From assembly GCA_964652615.1 (NCBI GenBank), contig CAZZAT010000001.1, positions 153,886 through 217,885 of the forward strand: DNA of 64,000 bases, in the 5' to 3' direction. The stretch is from an uncultured Candidatus Saccharibacteria bacterium (lineage in GTDB: Bacteria > Patescibacteriota > Minisyncoccia > Phycocordibacterales > Phycocordibacteraceae). Positions 1 through 9,137 of this stretch are shown here, piece by piece. The notes under the pieces were generated by a model. The model was not told where the DNA came from. It ran no database searches and worked only from the letters and a program-made list of their open reading frames with translations. Each line of letters starts with the position of its first letter. The stretch's first letter is position 1. Position numbers and translations under genes: made by a program.

Positions 1-483
1 ACAAGCAGCGGCGGCACTCTTAGCCTTGGCCTGGACCTAACCGGAGAGTTCTCAAAGGAGGAGAAAGAAAGCGCTCTTGCGGAAGGTATTCGCGCTTGTG
101 TAGAGCAGATGGAAGCTCAAGGATACATTCCCTACAATGCGACGCTCATGTCTTCTGGGGACTTAGCCCGAGAATATGGCAAGACGAGACAGTACTGGGA
201 AAAACTCCTGAACGAAGGAAAGATCCATTACAAGGAGACATCCGCAGGACGTATCACCACAAACTTGTGGGTACAGGGATACTTGAACGACCGGGAAAAG
301 GTAAACAAGTATGTGCGTGATGTAAGGGACGTGCTTGAAACAATCGACGCTACCAGCAGCACTGGTGGTCGAGTGACATGCTCCGTTTGCGGTAAAGAGA
401 ATTTTGAGTTTCATGTAAACGGGGACGCTAATATCAATGGCTTATGTCGAGCCTGTGGCTTCCATATCCACACGACCAAGTAA
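1..483 (+). CDS. hypothetical protein, 5'-partial (open from window edge), C-terminal CxxC...CxxC zinc-ribbon-like motif
   Basis: Frame 1 is open from nt 1 into the listed 109..483 ORF. C-terminus has CSVCGKEN...GLCRACG cysteine pairs. No recognised family. Confidence 0.45.
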   Translation, partial: TSSGGTLSLGLDLTGEFSKEEKESALAEGIRACVEQMEAQGYIPYNATLMSSGDLAREYGKTRQYWEKLLNEGKIHYKETSAGRITTNLWVQGYLNDREKVNKYVRDVRDVLETIDATSSTGGRVTCSVCGKENFEFHVNGDANINGLCRACGFHIHTTK

Positions 484-486
484 CCC

Positions 487-1329
487 ATGAAAAAGAAACT
501 CAAGAAGAAGGTTGCGAAGAAAAGAGTAACTGTGACGGCGCCACAGGCGCAGGCGATTCGTGCGCTAGCCGAGCAGCTCGGGAAACTCATCGCCCTTTCG
601 GGATTCCGAAGCTCTTTTTCTCTTACAACCATTGCGAAAGAGAGGGGTCTATCGAAGTTTCTTCCAACCAAGGCAGCAAACAAGAAGGAGTCTTTCTATG
701 AATTTCTTCGGAACCTGTATTGCCAAAAGCCTCGAACAATCAAGATTCTTGTGCGGGAAATCCTTCCTAAAGCTATAGAGAAGCGGCACGAGAAGGGCGA
801 CCCCGTCCTAGAAGCGGAAGCGCTTGAGTTGTCAGCGCGGCTGAAAGCTCTGAACATTGACCTTGAGACAGAGATTCTTGCTATGAATCTCCCGAAAGAG
901 CGTCCCAAAACCGTGCCACCGCCGATAGCTATCCAGAAGATCCTTGACGCATATACTCTCCATCCATCACTACTTCCAGACTGCAAGAAGATGTTTATTG
1001 AAGGTCATATAAACGAATCCGTAAGGAAGGCGCTTGAGCGTTTTGAAAAAACTATTCAAGACCTCACTAGTACTCACGACAAGCAAGGACCGGACTTGAT
1101 GGCCACAGTTTTCAATGAGCAGAACCCTAAGATAAAGTTTAATGCGCTATCGACACCACAAGAAGTAAACAAGCAACTCGGGTTCAAGCTTACTACCATG
1201 GGCATCATGCACTGGTGGAGAAATAACCTGAGTCATGGTGACGAGGAGCAGCTCCCCCATCATGACGCACTTGGTCGTCTCATCATGATTAGCAATCTCT
1301 TCCATGAGATAGACGGGAGGTTTATCTAG
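487..1329 (+). CDS. HEPN-like (Rx4H motif) domain protein with lysine-rich N-terminus, Abi/TIGR02391-like C-terminal region
   Basis: C-terminal MGIMHWWRNNLSHGDEE contains R-x4-H, typical of HEPN/Abi C-terminal domains. N-terminus MKKKLKKKVAKKR is strongly basic. Followed by a hairpin terminator. Confidence 0.5.
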   Translation: MKKKLKKKVAKKRVTVTAPQAQAIRALAEQLGKLIALSGFRSSFSLTTIAKERGLSKFLPTKAANKKESFYEFLRNLYCQKPRTIKILVREILPKAIEKRHEKGDPVLEAEALELSARLKALNIDLETEILAMNLPKERPKTVPPPIAIQKILDAYTLHPSLLPDCKKMFIEGHINESVRKALERFEKTIQDLTSTHDKQGPDLMATVFNEQNPKIKFNALSTPQEVNKQLGFKLTTMGIMHWWRNNLSHGDEEQLPHHDALGRLIMISNLFHEIDGRFI

Positions 1330-1345
1330 ATTCTGAACTGGACAT

Positions 1346-1377
1346 CAAAAAGGAGCGACTTAAGGTCGCTCCTTTTT
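1346..1377 (+). terminator. rho-independent terminator hairpin (aaaaaggagcgac-ttaa-ggtcgctccttttt)
   Basis: Perfect 13-bp stem followed by a T-run directly after the 487..1329 stop. Confidence 0.55.
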
Positions 1378-1414
1378 GATGCTTTCAGGACGCACGAAAC
1401 TAACTCCTAAGTTG

Positions 1415-1485
1415 CTGCCGGACTTGGACTCGAACCAAGATAACAACCTCCAGAGGGTTGCGTCCTACCATTAGACGATCCGGCA
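1415..1485 (-). tRNA. tRNA-Gln(CUG)
   Basis: Manual fold: acceptor TGCCGGA/TCCGGCA, D-arm with AATGGTA loop, anticodon stem CAACC/GGTTG with loop CTCTGGA (anticodon CUG), T-arm CTTGG-TTCGAGT-CCAAG, discriminator G. 71 nt. Confidence 0.85.
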
Positions 1486-1640
1486 ATGGACTGCACGATA
1501 CCCCAAAAACCAAGCGTATTCAAGGCAAAAGCGCGCTTTCCTCTCTAGGAGTATGATTTATGAAGAGGTTCTTCATGAAGCCTTCACCTAAAGGATGGCA
1601 CCCTTTGGAGCGGACGTTATCAGACTAACCTATACCCCAT

Positions 1641-2315
1641 ATGAGACTCCTTGTTGTAGAAGATGAGCCGAAGCTTGCGGCAGTAGTCGCGAAGGGGCTC
1701 GAAGCGAAAGGATACGCTGTTGATACTATTGGTGACGGCGCTGAAGCCTTAACGCGTATATTGGTGCACGGGAAAGACTATGACCTTGTCATTCTTGATC
1801 TCATGCTTCCTTCAAAATCGGGCTCTGATATATGTAAAGAAGCACGAGCTGAAGGCGCTACGGTACCTATCCTTATACTCACTGCACGCGCAGAAACGGA
1901 GCATAAAGTAGAGCTTTTGCTTGCGGGTGCAGACGATTACATGGTGAAGCCTTTCTCGTTCGAGGAGCTTTTGGCACGCATTCAAGCAATTTTGCGTCGC
2001 CCTACCGAGTCTCTTCCCTCTCTTTTAAGCGTTGGCGATATTACGCTTGATCCCGTCAAACACGTCGTAACGCAAGAAGGAAAAGAAGTACCGCTCACCC
2101 TTAAAGAGTTTCGTCTTCTCGAGTACTTCCTGCGCCATCCGGGGCAGGTTATAAACCGCGAAGACTTCCTTACGCATCTATGGGATTTCAATTACGAATC
2201 ATTTAGCAATGTCATCGATGTCCACATCAAAAACCTCAGACAAAAGCTCGATCCTAAAGAGGGCCCTAGCCTATTTGAAACCGTTCGTGGAATCGGCTAC
2301 CGGCTTCGCGCGTAG
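1641..2315 (+). CDS. two-component response regulator, OmpR/PhoB family (receiver + winged-helix)
   Basis: MRLLVVEDEPKL...DLVILDLMLP receiver signature. C-terminal winged-helix region ...VRGIGYRLRA. Confidence 0.9.
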   Translation: MRLLVVEDEPKLAAVVAKGLEAKGYAVDTIGDGAEALTRILVHGKDYDLVILDLMLPSKSGSDICKEARAEGATVPILILTARAETEHKVELLLAGADDYMVKPFSFEELLARIQAILRRPTESLPSLLSVGDITLDPVKHVVTQEGKEVPLTLKEFRLLEYFLRHPGQVINREDFLTHLWDFNYESFSNVIDVHIKNLRQKLDPKEGPSLFETVRGIGYRLRA

Positions 2316-3369
2316 ATACCGCCGCGATATCTTCTATCGCACCGGCTGGAACGTCTTGTTCTTGCAGATGGGCTTTGCGCTTGTGTTAGTCGCACTTATG
2401 CTCGTCTCCCTCTCGTATCTGTATAACGAAATTATTGAAGGCCTTATTCACGCCATAACGCAAAGCGTTGCTTCTGGCGTAGACCCTTCAAGTGACGGCG
2501 CCTTCATTGCTTCCAGTCTTGAGTACGAGAAGCAAAAGAATATGGTGCTCACCGCTGCAGGCATTTTAATCGCAGCTGCAGTCTTCTCATGGCTCATAAC
2601 TGCTATGGCGCTTCGACCAACTCGTCTTGCGCTTCAAAGCCAGAAACAGTTCGTTGGAAACATCGCACACGAACTGCGCACTCCTCTTGCCATCATTAAG
2701 ACGAATACGGAAGTAACGCTCTTTAACGAACATCTAGGAACTGATACTAAGCAATCGCTTGCCTCAAACCTTGAAGAGCTCGACCGTATTTCAGATATTA
2801 TTAACAACCTTCTCTCAATGAACACACTTCTCGATCCGGGGAAGATGGTGTTCACAAACGTTGATCTCGAACCAGTCATACAGGGCGTCATGCATTCGCT
2901 TGAAGATCTTGCTAAGCAAAAAAGAATAGCGCTTACCTCTGCTTCAGAGGGGTACCAAACCGTGCGCGGTAACACAGTGGCACTTGAGCAAATCATCATG
3001 AATATCGTGAAGAATGCCGTCAACTACACGCGCGATGGTGGATCAGTCGACATCCAAACACGTCCTGACTATCACGGACATGTAGAAATTGCGGTGCGTG
3101 ATACCGGTATTGGCATACCAGAAAAGGATCTCGAACACGTGTTTGAACCTTTCTACCGAGGCGACAAAGCAAGAAATCGTGCATCTGGAGGAGGATCAGG
3201 ACTTGGGCTTGCAATCGTTGGAGAGCTCGTGCGCTCGCATAAAGGCCATATACGCATCACCAGCATTGAAGGCGCGGGCACGACCGTATTCGTGACGCTT
3301 CCTTGCGGAAAGGAAGAGGTAAAGAAGAAAGGGTCTGCGCCGAAAGAATCATCGGTAGACTACGCTTAA
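2209..3369 (+). CDS. sensor histidine kinase (2 TM, HisKA AHELRTPL H-box, HATPase_c); true start probably downstream of 2209 (e.g. near 2368)
   Basis: H-box NIAHELRTPLAII, N-box/G-boxes (NAVNYTRDGG, DTGIGIP, GGSGLGLAIV). The ORF overlaps the regulator by about 107 nt, so the start is uncertain. Confidence 0.85.
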   Translation: MSSMSTSKTSDKSSILKRALAYLKPFVESATGFARRYRRDIFYRTGWNVLFLQMGFALVLVALMLVSLSYLYNEIIEGLIHAITQSVASGVDPSSDGAFIASSLEYEKQKNMVLTAAGILIAAAVFSWLITAMALRPTRLALQSQKQFVGNIAHELRTPLAIIKTNTEVTLFNEHLGTDTKQSLASNLEELDRISDIINNLLSMNTLLDPGKMVFTNVDLEPVIQGVMHSLEDLAKQKRIALTSASEGYQTVRGNTVALEQIIMNIVKNAVNYTRDGGSVDIQTRPDYHGHVEIAVRDTGIGIPEKDLEHVFEPFYRGDKARNRASGGGSGLGLAIVGELVRSHKGHIRITSIEGAGTTVFVTLPCGKEEVKKKGSAPKESSVDYA

Positions 3370-3478
3370 ACTTCATCTTCACTTCACGGGGCGTGCGCTA
3401 TTGTGCCCTTGTGTACGCGGGTTCTCTAGTTCTTTCGGTGCCCTTTGCGCGGGGTGGCCAGAGCAGAACGGCTGTTTC

Positions 3479-5134
3479 CTAGGAAGCAGTCGTTGTGCTT
3501 TGGTCCTTTGCTGCTTCGAGAAACGCCGTGAAAAGCGGATGCGGAGCAAGCGGCCGCGCAATGAGCTCGGGATGAAACTGGGCTCCCACGAAAAACGGGT
3601 GTGTGTCTTTTGGCAATTCTGCTATTTCCATGAGAATGCCATCGGGAGATTTTCCCGAAAACACCATGCCGGCTGCCTCAATACGATCAATGTATTCTGG
3701 GTTCACCTCATAGCGGTGGCGATGCCGCTCTTCTATCTCCTCTTTGCCATACGCAGCCTCTGCAATAGTTCCTTTCGTGAGAACTGCAGGATAGACGCCA
3801 AGACGCATCGTGCCTCCGTAGTTTCCTTTGGCGATAAGTTCCTTTTGTTCTGGCATCACGTCAATCACGGGATGCTCAGCTTGCGGGTTAATTTCTACCG
3901 TGTGAGCACCAGAAAGACCCGCCATGTGTCGTGCGCATTCTATGACCATAAGTTGCATACCGTAGCAAAGACCAAAATAAGGAATCTTGTTTTCTCGCAC
4001 ATATCGAATTGCATGTATTTTTCCTTCAATACCCGTCTCGCCGAATCCGCCCGGCACCAAGATGCCGTCATATTCTGAAAGCCGCTCAAGCCCCTTCCCT
4101 TCTTGAAAGTCTTTTGCATTTATCCAGTCAAGCGCCACTTTTGCTCCTGTATGTGCTGCAGAGAATTTCAAAGCTTCAATGACCGAAAGATATGCGTCAG
4201 AAAGAACGAAATCACCCGTATCAAAATACTTTCCCACAATGCCGATCTTCACTGACGTCGATGCCGTCTTTGTCTTCTCTACAAACGCTTCCCATTTGGA
4301 CATTTCAGCACTCTTTCCCTCTGGAAGTCCGAGAGCTTTGGTAAGTATGTCGCCAAAGCGATCTTTCTCAAGATTAAGCGGGACGTCATAAATGCTTTCA
4401 ACATCAGGAGCAGAAATGATGCGGTCGGCACGAACAGATACAGACACCGCAAGCTTTTCCTTACGCTTCTCATCAAGTGCGACGCTTGCACGCGCAATAA
4501 GGAAATCAGGCTGTATGCCATACGCATTGAGTTGGCGTACAGCATTTTGGGTCGGCTTTGTTTTCATTTCTCCGAGCGTGCCTGGTGTTGGAAGGTAGGA
4601 GACCATACCGAAAATGACATCATCTGGCTGTTCCATTTTCAATACACGTGCTGCTTCTATGAAAAGAGCATTTTGGAAATCCCCTACCGTACCCCCTATT
4701 TCAACAACCGTTATCTTGCTCCCGTTATACGAAGCCGCCGCCTTGAGGCGGCGGAGAATCTCATCGCGCACGTGCGGGATAGCTTCGACGCACTTGCCTC
4801 CGTAGCGAAGCGCTCGTTCGTTTTCAATCACCGTCTGATAGACCATGCCGCCAGTCATATAATCTTCAGGTCCAAGATCACGATTCAAGAATCGCTCGTA
4901 ATTCCCCATGTCCTGATCAGTTTCAAGGCCGCTTCGAAGCACAAAGACTTCCCCGTGTTCAGTAGGATTCATAGTGCCTGCGTCTACGTTCAAATAGGGA
5001 TCTATCTTCACAAGATTCACCTCGTACCCGCGACTCTTTAAAATAAGGCCCATGGAAGAGACTGCGATTCCCTTGCCGACGCCGCTCATTACCCCGCCTA
5101 TGACGAATATGTATTTATGTCCATTCGTATCCAT
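3479..5134 (-). CDS. pyrG: CTP synthase
   Basis: N-terminal KYIFVIGGVMSGVGKGI synthetase domain and C-terminal glutamine amidotransferase (GLCYGMQ, HPE). 551 aa. Confidence 0.95.
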   Translation of the reverse strand: MDTNGHKYIFVIGGVMSGVGKGIAVSSMGLILKSRGYEVNLVKIDPYLNVDAGTMNPTEHGEVFVLRSGLETDQDMGNYERFLNRDLGPEDYMTGGMVYQTVIENERALRYGGKCVEAIPHVRDEILRRLKAAASYNGSKITVVEIGGTVGDFQNALFIEAARVLKMEQPDDVIFGMVSYLPTPGTLGEMKTKPTQNAVRQLNAYGIQPDFLIARASVALDEKRKEKLAVSVSVRADRIISAPDVESIYDVPLNLEKDRFGDILTKALGLPEGKSAEMSKWEAFVEKTKTASTSVKIGIVGKYFDTGDFVLSDAYLSVIEALKFSAAHTGAKVALDWINAKDFQEGKGLERLSEYDGILVPGGFGETGIEGKIHAIRYVRENKIPYFGLCYGMQLMVIECARHMAGLSGAHTVEINPQAEHPVIDVMPEQKELIAKGNYGGTMRLGVYPAVLTKGTIAEAAYGKEEIEERHRHRYEVNPEYIDRIEAAGMVFSGKSPDGILMEIAELPKDTHPFFVGAQFHPELIARPLAPHPLFTAFLEAAKDQSTTTAS

Positions 5135-5136
5135 GA

Positions 5137-6060
5137 CTAAATGCGCAGGTACCTGCGGACAGCAACGTAGCTTGCAATTCCTCCAAGAAGAACGCCCGCG
5201 CCAACTAAGATGATAAAGAAGGAGGCAAATTCACTCACGTAATACGTGAAAAGGTTAAAGCCACCAAGCCACGCAGAAAGCGCACTCGCTGCATACCATG
5301 AGATAGGATAGAACAAGAGGAGGACAATAAGAGCCGCAAGAAGTCCAGAAATGATGCCTGCAACGACAAATGGCCAGCGAATAAAACCGTTTGAAGCACC
5401 CATGAGCCGCATCACGGCTATTTCATCGCGCGAGGTATAGATAGCGAGGCGAACCGTTGCAAAGGCAATGGTTGCAGAGGCGAACGCGAAGAGGAGCACA
5501 ATAAGAAGCCCTGCGCGTTCAGTTGCGTCTATAGCTGCAGTCAATCTGTCGATGACTACTTTATTCTGGAAATAGTTCACCCTATCAACGATAGAAACAC
5601 CTTCACTGTTGGTTGCTGGGGTATTGGTGAGGAAATTTGCAATGCTCTCATACTGCGAAGGATCTTTCGCCTTAATCGCAAGAGAGGCGCCAAGCGGGTT
5701 ATCACCAAGCTCTTCAAGCGCCTGAAGAACGAGCTCATCCCCTTCGTGGCGTAGCTGGAATGCCTGAAGCGCTTCTTCACGCGTGGTGTAAGTTACGCGC
5801 TCGACTTCAGGAATTTCTGCAAGACGACGCTGATACGCGACAATATCAGTTTCGGAAGCGGTCGTAACGAAATAGAGGTTTACGTCCACCTTGTCGCGTA
5901 TGGAAGCGAGCGTGTTTGAAAGAATTGCCGAAAGGAAGATAAGGAGCGCTACAACAGCAAGCGTAACGGTCATGATGAGCACAGTTGCAAATGAAACTGA
6001 CCCGCTTCTTGCAAAGCTCTTTGCACCATTTATAGAAATACGTTTGAAGGTGGTCAACAT
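5137..6060 (-). CDS. ftsX: cell division ABC transporter permease FtsX
   Basis: Four-TM FtsX-like topology with a large periplasmic loop, directly downstream of ftsE. Confidence 0.85.
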   Translation of the reverse strand: MLTTFKRISINGAKSFARSGSVSFATVLIMTVTLAVVALLIFLSAILSNTLASIRDKVDVNLYFVTTASETDIVAYQRRLAEIPEVERVTYTTREEALQAFQLRHEGDELVLQALEELGDNPLGASLAIKAKDPSQYESIANFLTNTPATNSEGVSIVDRVNYFQNKVVIDRLTAAIDATERAGLLIVLLFAFASATIAFATVRLAIYTSRDEIAVMRLMGASNGFIRWPFVVAGIISGLLAALIVLLLFYPISWYAASALSAWLGGFNLFTYYVSEFASFFIILVGAGVLLGGIASYVAVRRYLRI

Positions 6061-6063
6061 ACG

Positions 6064-6744
6064 TTAGAGAATATAGTGGCCGCGCGGATCATCGCGCACG
6101 ACTCTTCCTTTATCCATAGTGATAACACGCTTGCCCATAGCATCCACGACACCTTTGTTATGCGTTGTGATGATGACGGTAGTACCGAGTTCGTTGATTT
6201 TCTTTAGAATCTCAATGACGTCATAGGTGTTGACCGGATCGAGATTTCCTGTTGGTTCATCTGCAACAATCAAATCGGGCTGATTGATGATGGCACGGCC
6301 AATGGCAACGCGCTGCTGCTCACCGCCTGAAAGCTGCGAGGGGAAATGGCGGGCTTTATCGCCAAGATCCACAAGATCAAGAATGTAGGGTACGTCTGAA
6401 GCGATGTCCTCGTCGCTTTTGCCTATCGCTTCCATAGCAAACGCAATATTCTCGTATGCGGTGCGGTTTGGAATGAGACGGAAGTCCTGAAATACCGTCC
6501 CTATCTTGCGACGATAGTGGTGAAGCGCGTTTTTAGGGATGTCGTTCACATTCATTTCTTCAAAATACACAGCGCCTTCGGAAGGAGTATCTTCTGCAAG
6601 GAGCATTTTCAAAAGCGTCGTCTTCCCAGCTCCTGAATGACCAACAATGGAGACGAATTCTTTGGGACCAATAGAGAGCGAGACATCGTGGAGCGCAGGA
6701 GTCCCGTCTTTGTATTGCTTTGTTACTTTGTCGAAAAGAATCAT
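6064..6744 (-). CDS. ftsE: cell division ATP-binding protein FtsE
   Basis: Walker A GHSGAGKTT, ABC signature LSGGEQQR, Walker B LIVADEPT. 226 aa. Confidence 0.9.
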   Translation of the reverse strand: MILFDKVTKQYKDGTPALHDVSLSIGPKEFVSIVGHSGAGKTTLLKMLLAEDTPSEGAVYFEEMNVNDIPKNALHHYRRKIGTVFQDFRLIPNRTAYENIAFAMEAIGKSDEDIASDVPYILDLVDLGDKARHFPSQLSGGEQQRVAIGRAIINQPDLIVADEPTGNLDPVNTYDVIEILKKINELGTTVIITTHNKGVVDAMGKRVITMDKGRVVRDDPRGHYIL

Positions 6745-6753
6745 ATAACCTCG

Positions 6754-7629
6754 CTATTCTACCCCACCTTTGGTGGATGCATCAATAAACGAATCCAAAT
6801 CTCCGGATAACACCGCGTCTGGATTCCCTGATTCGTGGCCTGTTTCGTGATCTTTCACCATTTTATACGGGTGTAATACATAGGAGCGGCGCTGACTCCC
6901 CCACTCATTCTTCGTAGAGGATGAGAGGGAGCGCCCCTTCGCCTCTGCCTCACGCCGCTCTTCTTCTAGACGAAAGAGTTTGGCTTGTATGATATCGAGT
7001 GCTCGTTCGCGGTTAGCTTGCTGGCTACGCTCGCTTGAAACATGAGCTGAAACGCCGGTAGGGGTGTGTACGATGCGCACCGCCGTCTCTCGCTTGTTCA
7101 CGTTCTGTCCGCCCGCTCCTCCTGAACGTGCAAATTGTATTTCAAGGTCTTCCGGCTTTAGTTCTTGCTTTAGGTTGGGCGCAAGCTTTGGGAGTACTTC
7201 AATCATTGCAAAACTGGTCTGCCGCTTGTCCTTTGCATTAAAGGGTGAGATGCGCACGAGACGATGCACCCCTGCTTCGTGTTTGAGCTTTCCGTATGCT
7301 CCCTTCCCGCGAACCTCAAGCAATAGGTTACGGTATCCACCATGATCATTTTCATTGGCGTGCAGCTCACTTACGCCCCACCCTTTTAAGGATGCATACC
7401 CTTCATACATTCTACGAAGCATTGCAGCGAAATCTTCAGCGTCATCGCCTCCTGCTCCCGCAAGCACCGCAAGCGTTGCGTCTCCGTCATCTTCTGCATT
7501 TCCGCTTCCCCCTTCTTTCAGAGTCTGGTATTCGCGCACGAGGAGCTGTGCCTTATCTTTATCCTCCCAGAAGTCGGATGAGGCCATGAGGGCCTCAAGT
7601 TCAGCTATGCGCGGATGCTCTTCGCTCAT
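6754..7629 (-). CDS. prfB: peptide chain release factor 2 (SPF and GGQ motifs), single uninterrupted ORF, short N-domain
   Basis: [16 protein letters not shown] (SPF, RF2-specific) and [20 protein letters not shown] (GGQ). 291 aa with no programmed frameshift visible. Confidence 0.85.
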   Translation of the reverse strand: MSEEHPRIAELEALMASSDFWEDKDKAQLLVREYQTLKEGGSGNAEDDGDATLAVLAGAGGDDAEDFAAMLRRMYEGYASLKGWGVSELHANENDHGGYRNLLLEVRGKGAYGKLKHEAGVHRLVRISPFNAKDKRQTSFAMIEVLPKLAPNLKQELKPEDLEIQFARSGGAGGQNVNKRETAVRIVHTPTGVSAHVSSERSQQANRERALDIIQAKLFRLEEERREAEAKGRSLSSSTKNEWGSQRRSYVLHPYKMVKDHETGHESGNPDAVLSGDLDSFIDASTKGGVE

Positions 7630-7643
7630 GGAGGGAGTATAGC

Positions 7644-7666
7644 AAAACCCGCATCATGCGGGTTTT
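7644..7666 (-). terminator. hairpin aaaacccgcat-c-atgcgggtttt; inferred original terminator of tRNA-Thr, now 7.3 kb from the tRNA
   Basis: Perfect 11-bp stem with T-run. Joining it to the tRNA-Thr(CGT) 3' end at the shared gattttggag core gives tRNA immediately followed by a terminator, i.e. an empty attB. Confidence 0.5.
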
Positions 7667-7860
7667 GATTTTGGAGACCCTATTAAACTCCGTTAGAACC
7701 CATTTTGCAAAGGAGCCATGATTGCTCGCGCCTCGCAGACTCGGCGCTCGCCCCGACCCTGGTGGCTCAAGCAGACTTGACCACACTTGAAGCACTACGT
7801 GTCTTCGGCGTCCGCACTAAAATCCTTTTCTTTTTTCGCGGGGGAAATCCAAAAATCCGG
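7667..7860. repeat. repeat A (194 bp), left arm of element; perfect inverted copy at 12334..12527
   Basis: Reverse complement of 12334..12527 is identical base for base. Similarity continues imperfectly to about 7876 / 12318. Confidence 0.9.
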
Positions 7861-7981
7861 GCTCGGAGCGGCAGGGCTCGGGGGTAGCCCAAAATACCAG
7901 GGTGGTCTCGTGTCTGTTTTTTATCCGCTTTGAATCGTCCCTGACTAAAGAGATTCACCCCTCGGCATCCGCCTCGGGGCT

Positions 7982-8267
7982 GTTTCCGCTATGGCTACGA
8001 AGGCCTAGATTCCTCTGTGCCGCCTTTTCCTTGCTCTCCGCCCTGCGGGGCGGGAGCTTCGGGGCGGCTCTTGTTTGGGGGAAGGACGCATCCTTCCCCC
8101 AGCTCGGGTTCATCCTCGTTCCTTCGGATTCCACCCTCGCACAACCCCCATCCTCGTTTGCATACGAGTGTTCGCTGTGTCGCTTCCGCTTTTAGATACG
8201 GTGGCTTCGGTGTTCGTCGGCCTTCGTCCTTTAGCCATGGACGCTCATAGCGGAAACAGCCCCGAGG
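7982..8267. repeat. GC-rich structured non-coding region: 21-bp perfect inverted repeat arms (7982-8002 / 8246-8267) about 243 nt apart, plus partial secondary IRs
   Basis: ctcggggctgtttccgctatg and its exact reverse complement. No credible ORF in the region. It lies just inside the left end of the element. Confidence 0.5.
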
Positions 8268-8333
8268 CAAATACATAACGCTTGCCCCACCCACCCGTGC
8301 GCGCATAACCCGCCGCGAAACGCGGCGGACTCC

Positions 8334-8702
8334 CTAAGAATGACGCAACTGCTTATACACAAACCAGCCTAAGGGTATGAAAAATAAAGAAGTCATGAGA
8401 CCTGGAGTATAAGTTTGATGAATCAGAGCGGAAAACAGGTGAGACAGTTCAATTATAGAGAAAACCAACAAAACGAACCAGAGTATCCTAGCTCTCGGGG
8501 TGTCTCGAAAAAAATACAAAACAAACAGAAATATAAAAACTACTACTTGCACCAATAGCCAAACAGCAATTTGCGGCAGAGAAACCGTTTCTGAAAACCA
8601 CTTGAGGATAGTGTCAGTACGGTGAAATCCAGATAGGTACTCTTCAACGGCATGAAGGAAGAAAAGGATAGCCGAAAAGATTATCACGCGACTTGAGGTC
8701 AT
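8334..8702 (-). CDS. HXXEE-domain membrane protein (start taken at MTSSRV, internal to the listed ORF)
   Basis: LHAVEEY motif with four predicted TM segments. 4-bp ATGA overlap with the upstream gene. Confidence 0.55.
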   Translation of the reverse strand: MTSSRVIIFSAILFFLHAVEEYLSGFHRTDTILKWFSETVSLPQIAVWLLVQVVVFIFLFVLYFFRDTPRARILWFVLLVFSIIELSHLFSALIHQTYTPGLMTSLFFIPLGWFVYKQLRHS

Positions 8703-9091
8703 TTTCTCGATTTTGCGTACATCACGAGAACTGTAGGTATGGTAAGTGCAATAGCATCTATAAGAAGATGCATCAGATCGTCGGGTCGTATGAGACCAAT
8801 AACGAGCATCCCGAGAATATGCGCGAAAGTTGCGACAATTGTGAAATTTGTAAAAAACAAATGCTGTTCCGGAACCCGAGACGCGACCCACAGATAGTAG
8901 CCCCATACGGCAAACATCAGCGTGAACATCAACTCAAAATCCCACGCATATTCCGCGCCTCGAAACTCCGGAATAAGCGCGGACGGTAGTTGGACTCCGA
9001 GCAACGGAGCGACTGATAGCACGAACACCACGATGTACCACCAGAAGAACAGCGCGAGGATTTTTAGGGCAAGTCCTAGATTCAACTTCAT
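8699..9091 (-). CDS. hypothetical polytopic membrane protein
   Basis: Four hydrophobic segments and no recognised motif. Sits in an operon with the neighbouring membrane and metal genes. Confidence 0.55.
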   Translation of the reverse strand: MKLNLGLALKILALFFWWYIVVFVLSVAPLLGVQLPSALIPEFRGAEYAWDFELMFTLMFAVWGYYLWVASRVPEQHLFFTNFTIVATFAHILGMLVIGLIRPDDLMHLLIDAIALTIPTVLVMYAKSRK

Positions 9092-9137
9092 GACAGTAAT
9101 CCTACCATCGCAAAAGGCCCCTTTCGGGGCCTTTGTG

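Noticed and set aside
3401-4078. 225-aa plus-strand ORF
   Set aside because: Entirely antisense to the high-confidence pyrG gene. Cys/Phe-rich low-complexity translation. Spurious.
7064-7642. Several 93-97-aa plus-strand ORFs
   Set aside because: Antisense to prfB. Pro/Ser/Arg-rich translations typical of GC-rich antisense frames.
7705-8306. ORFs of 60-103 aa inside repeat A and the GC-rich block (and their mirror images at 12256..12890)
   Set aside because: They lie on repeats and att arms, and occur in both orientations as mirror copies. Low-complexity Gly/Pro/Arg-rich products. More likely non-coding structured DNA.
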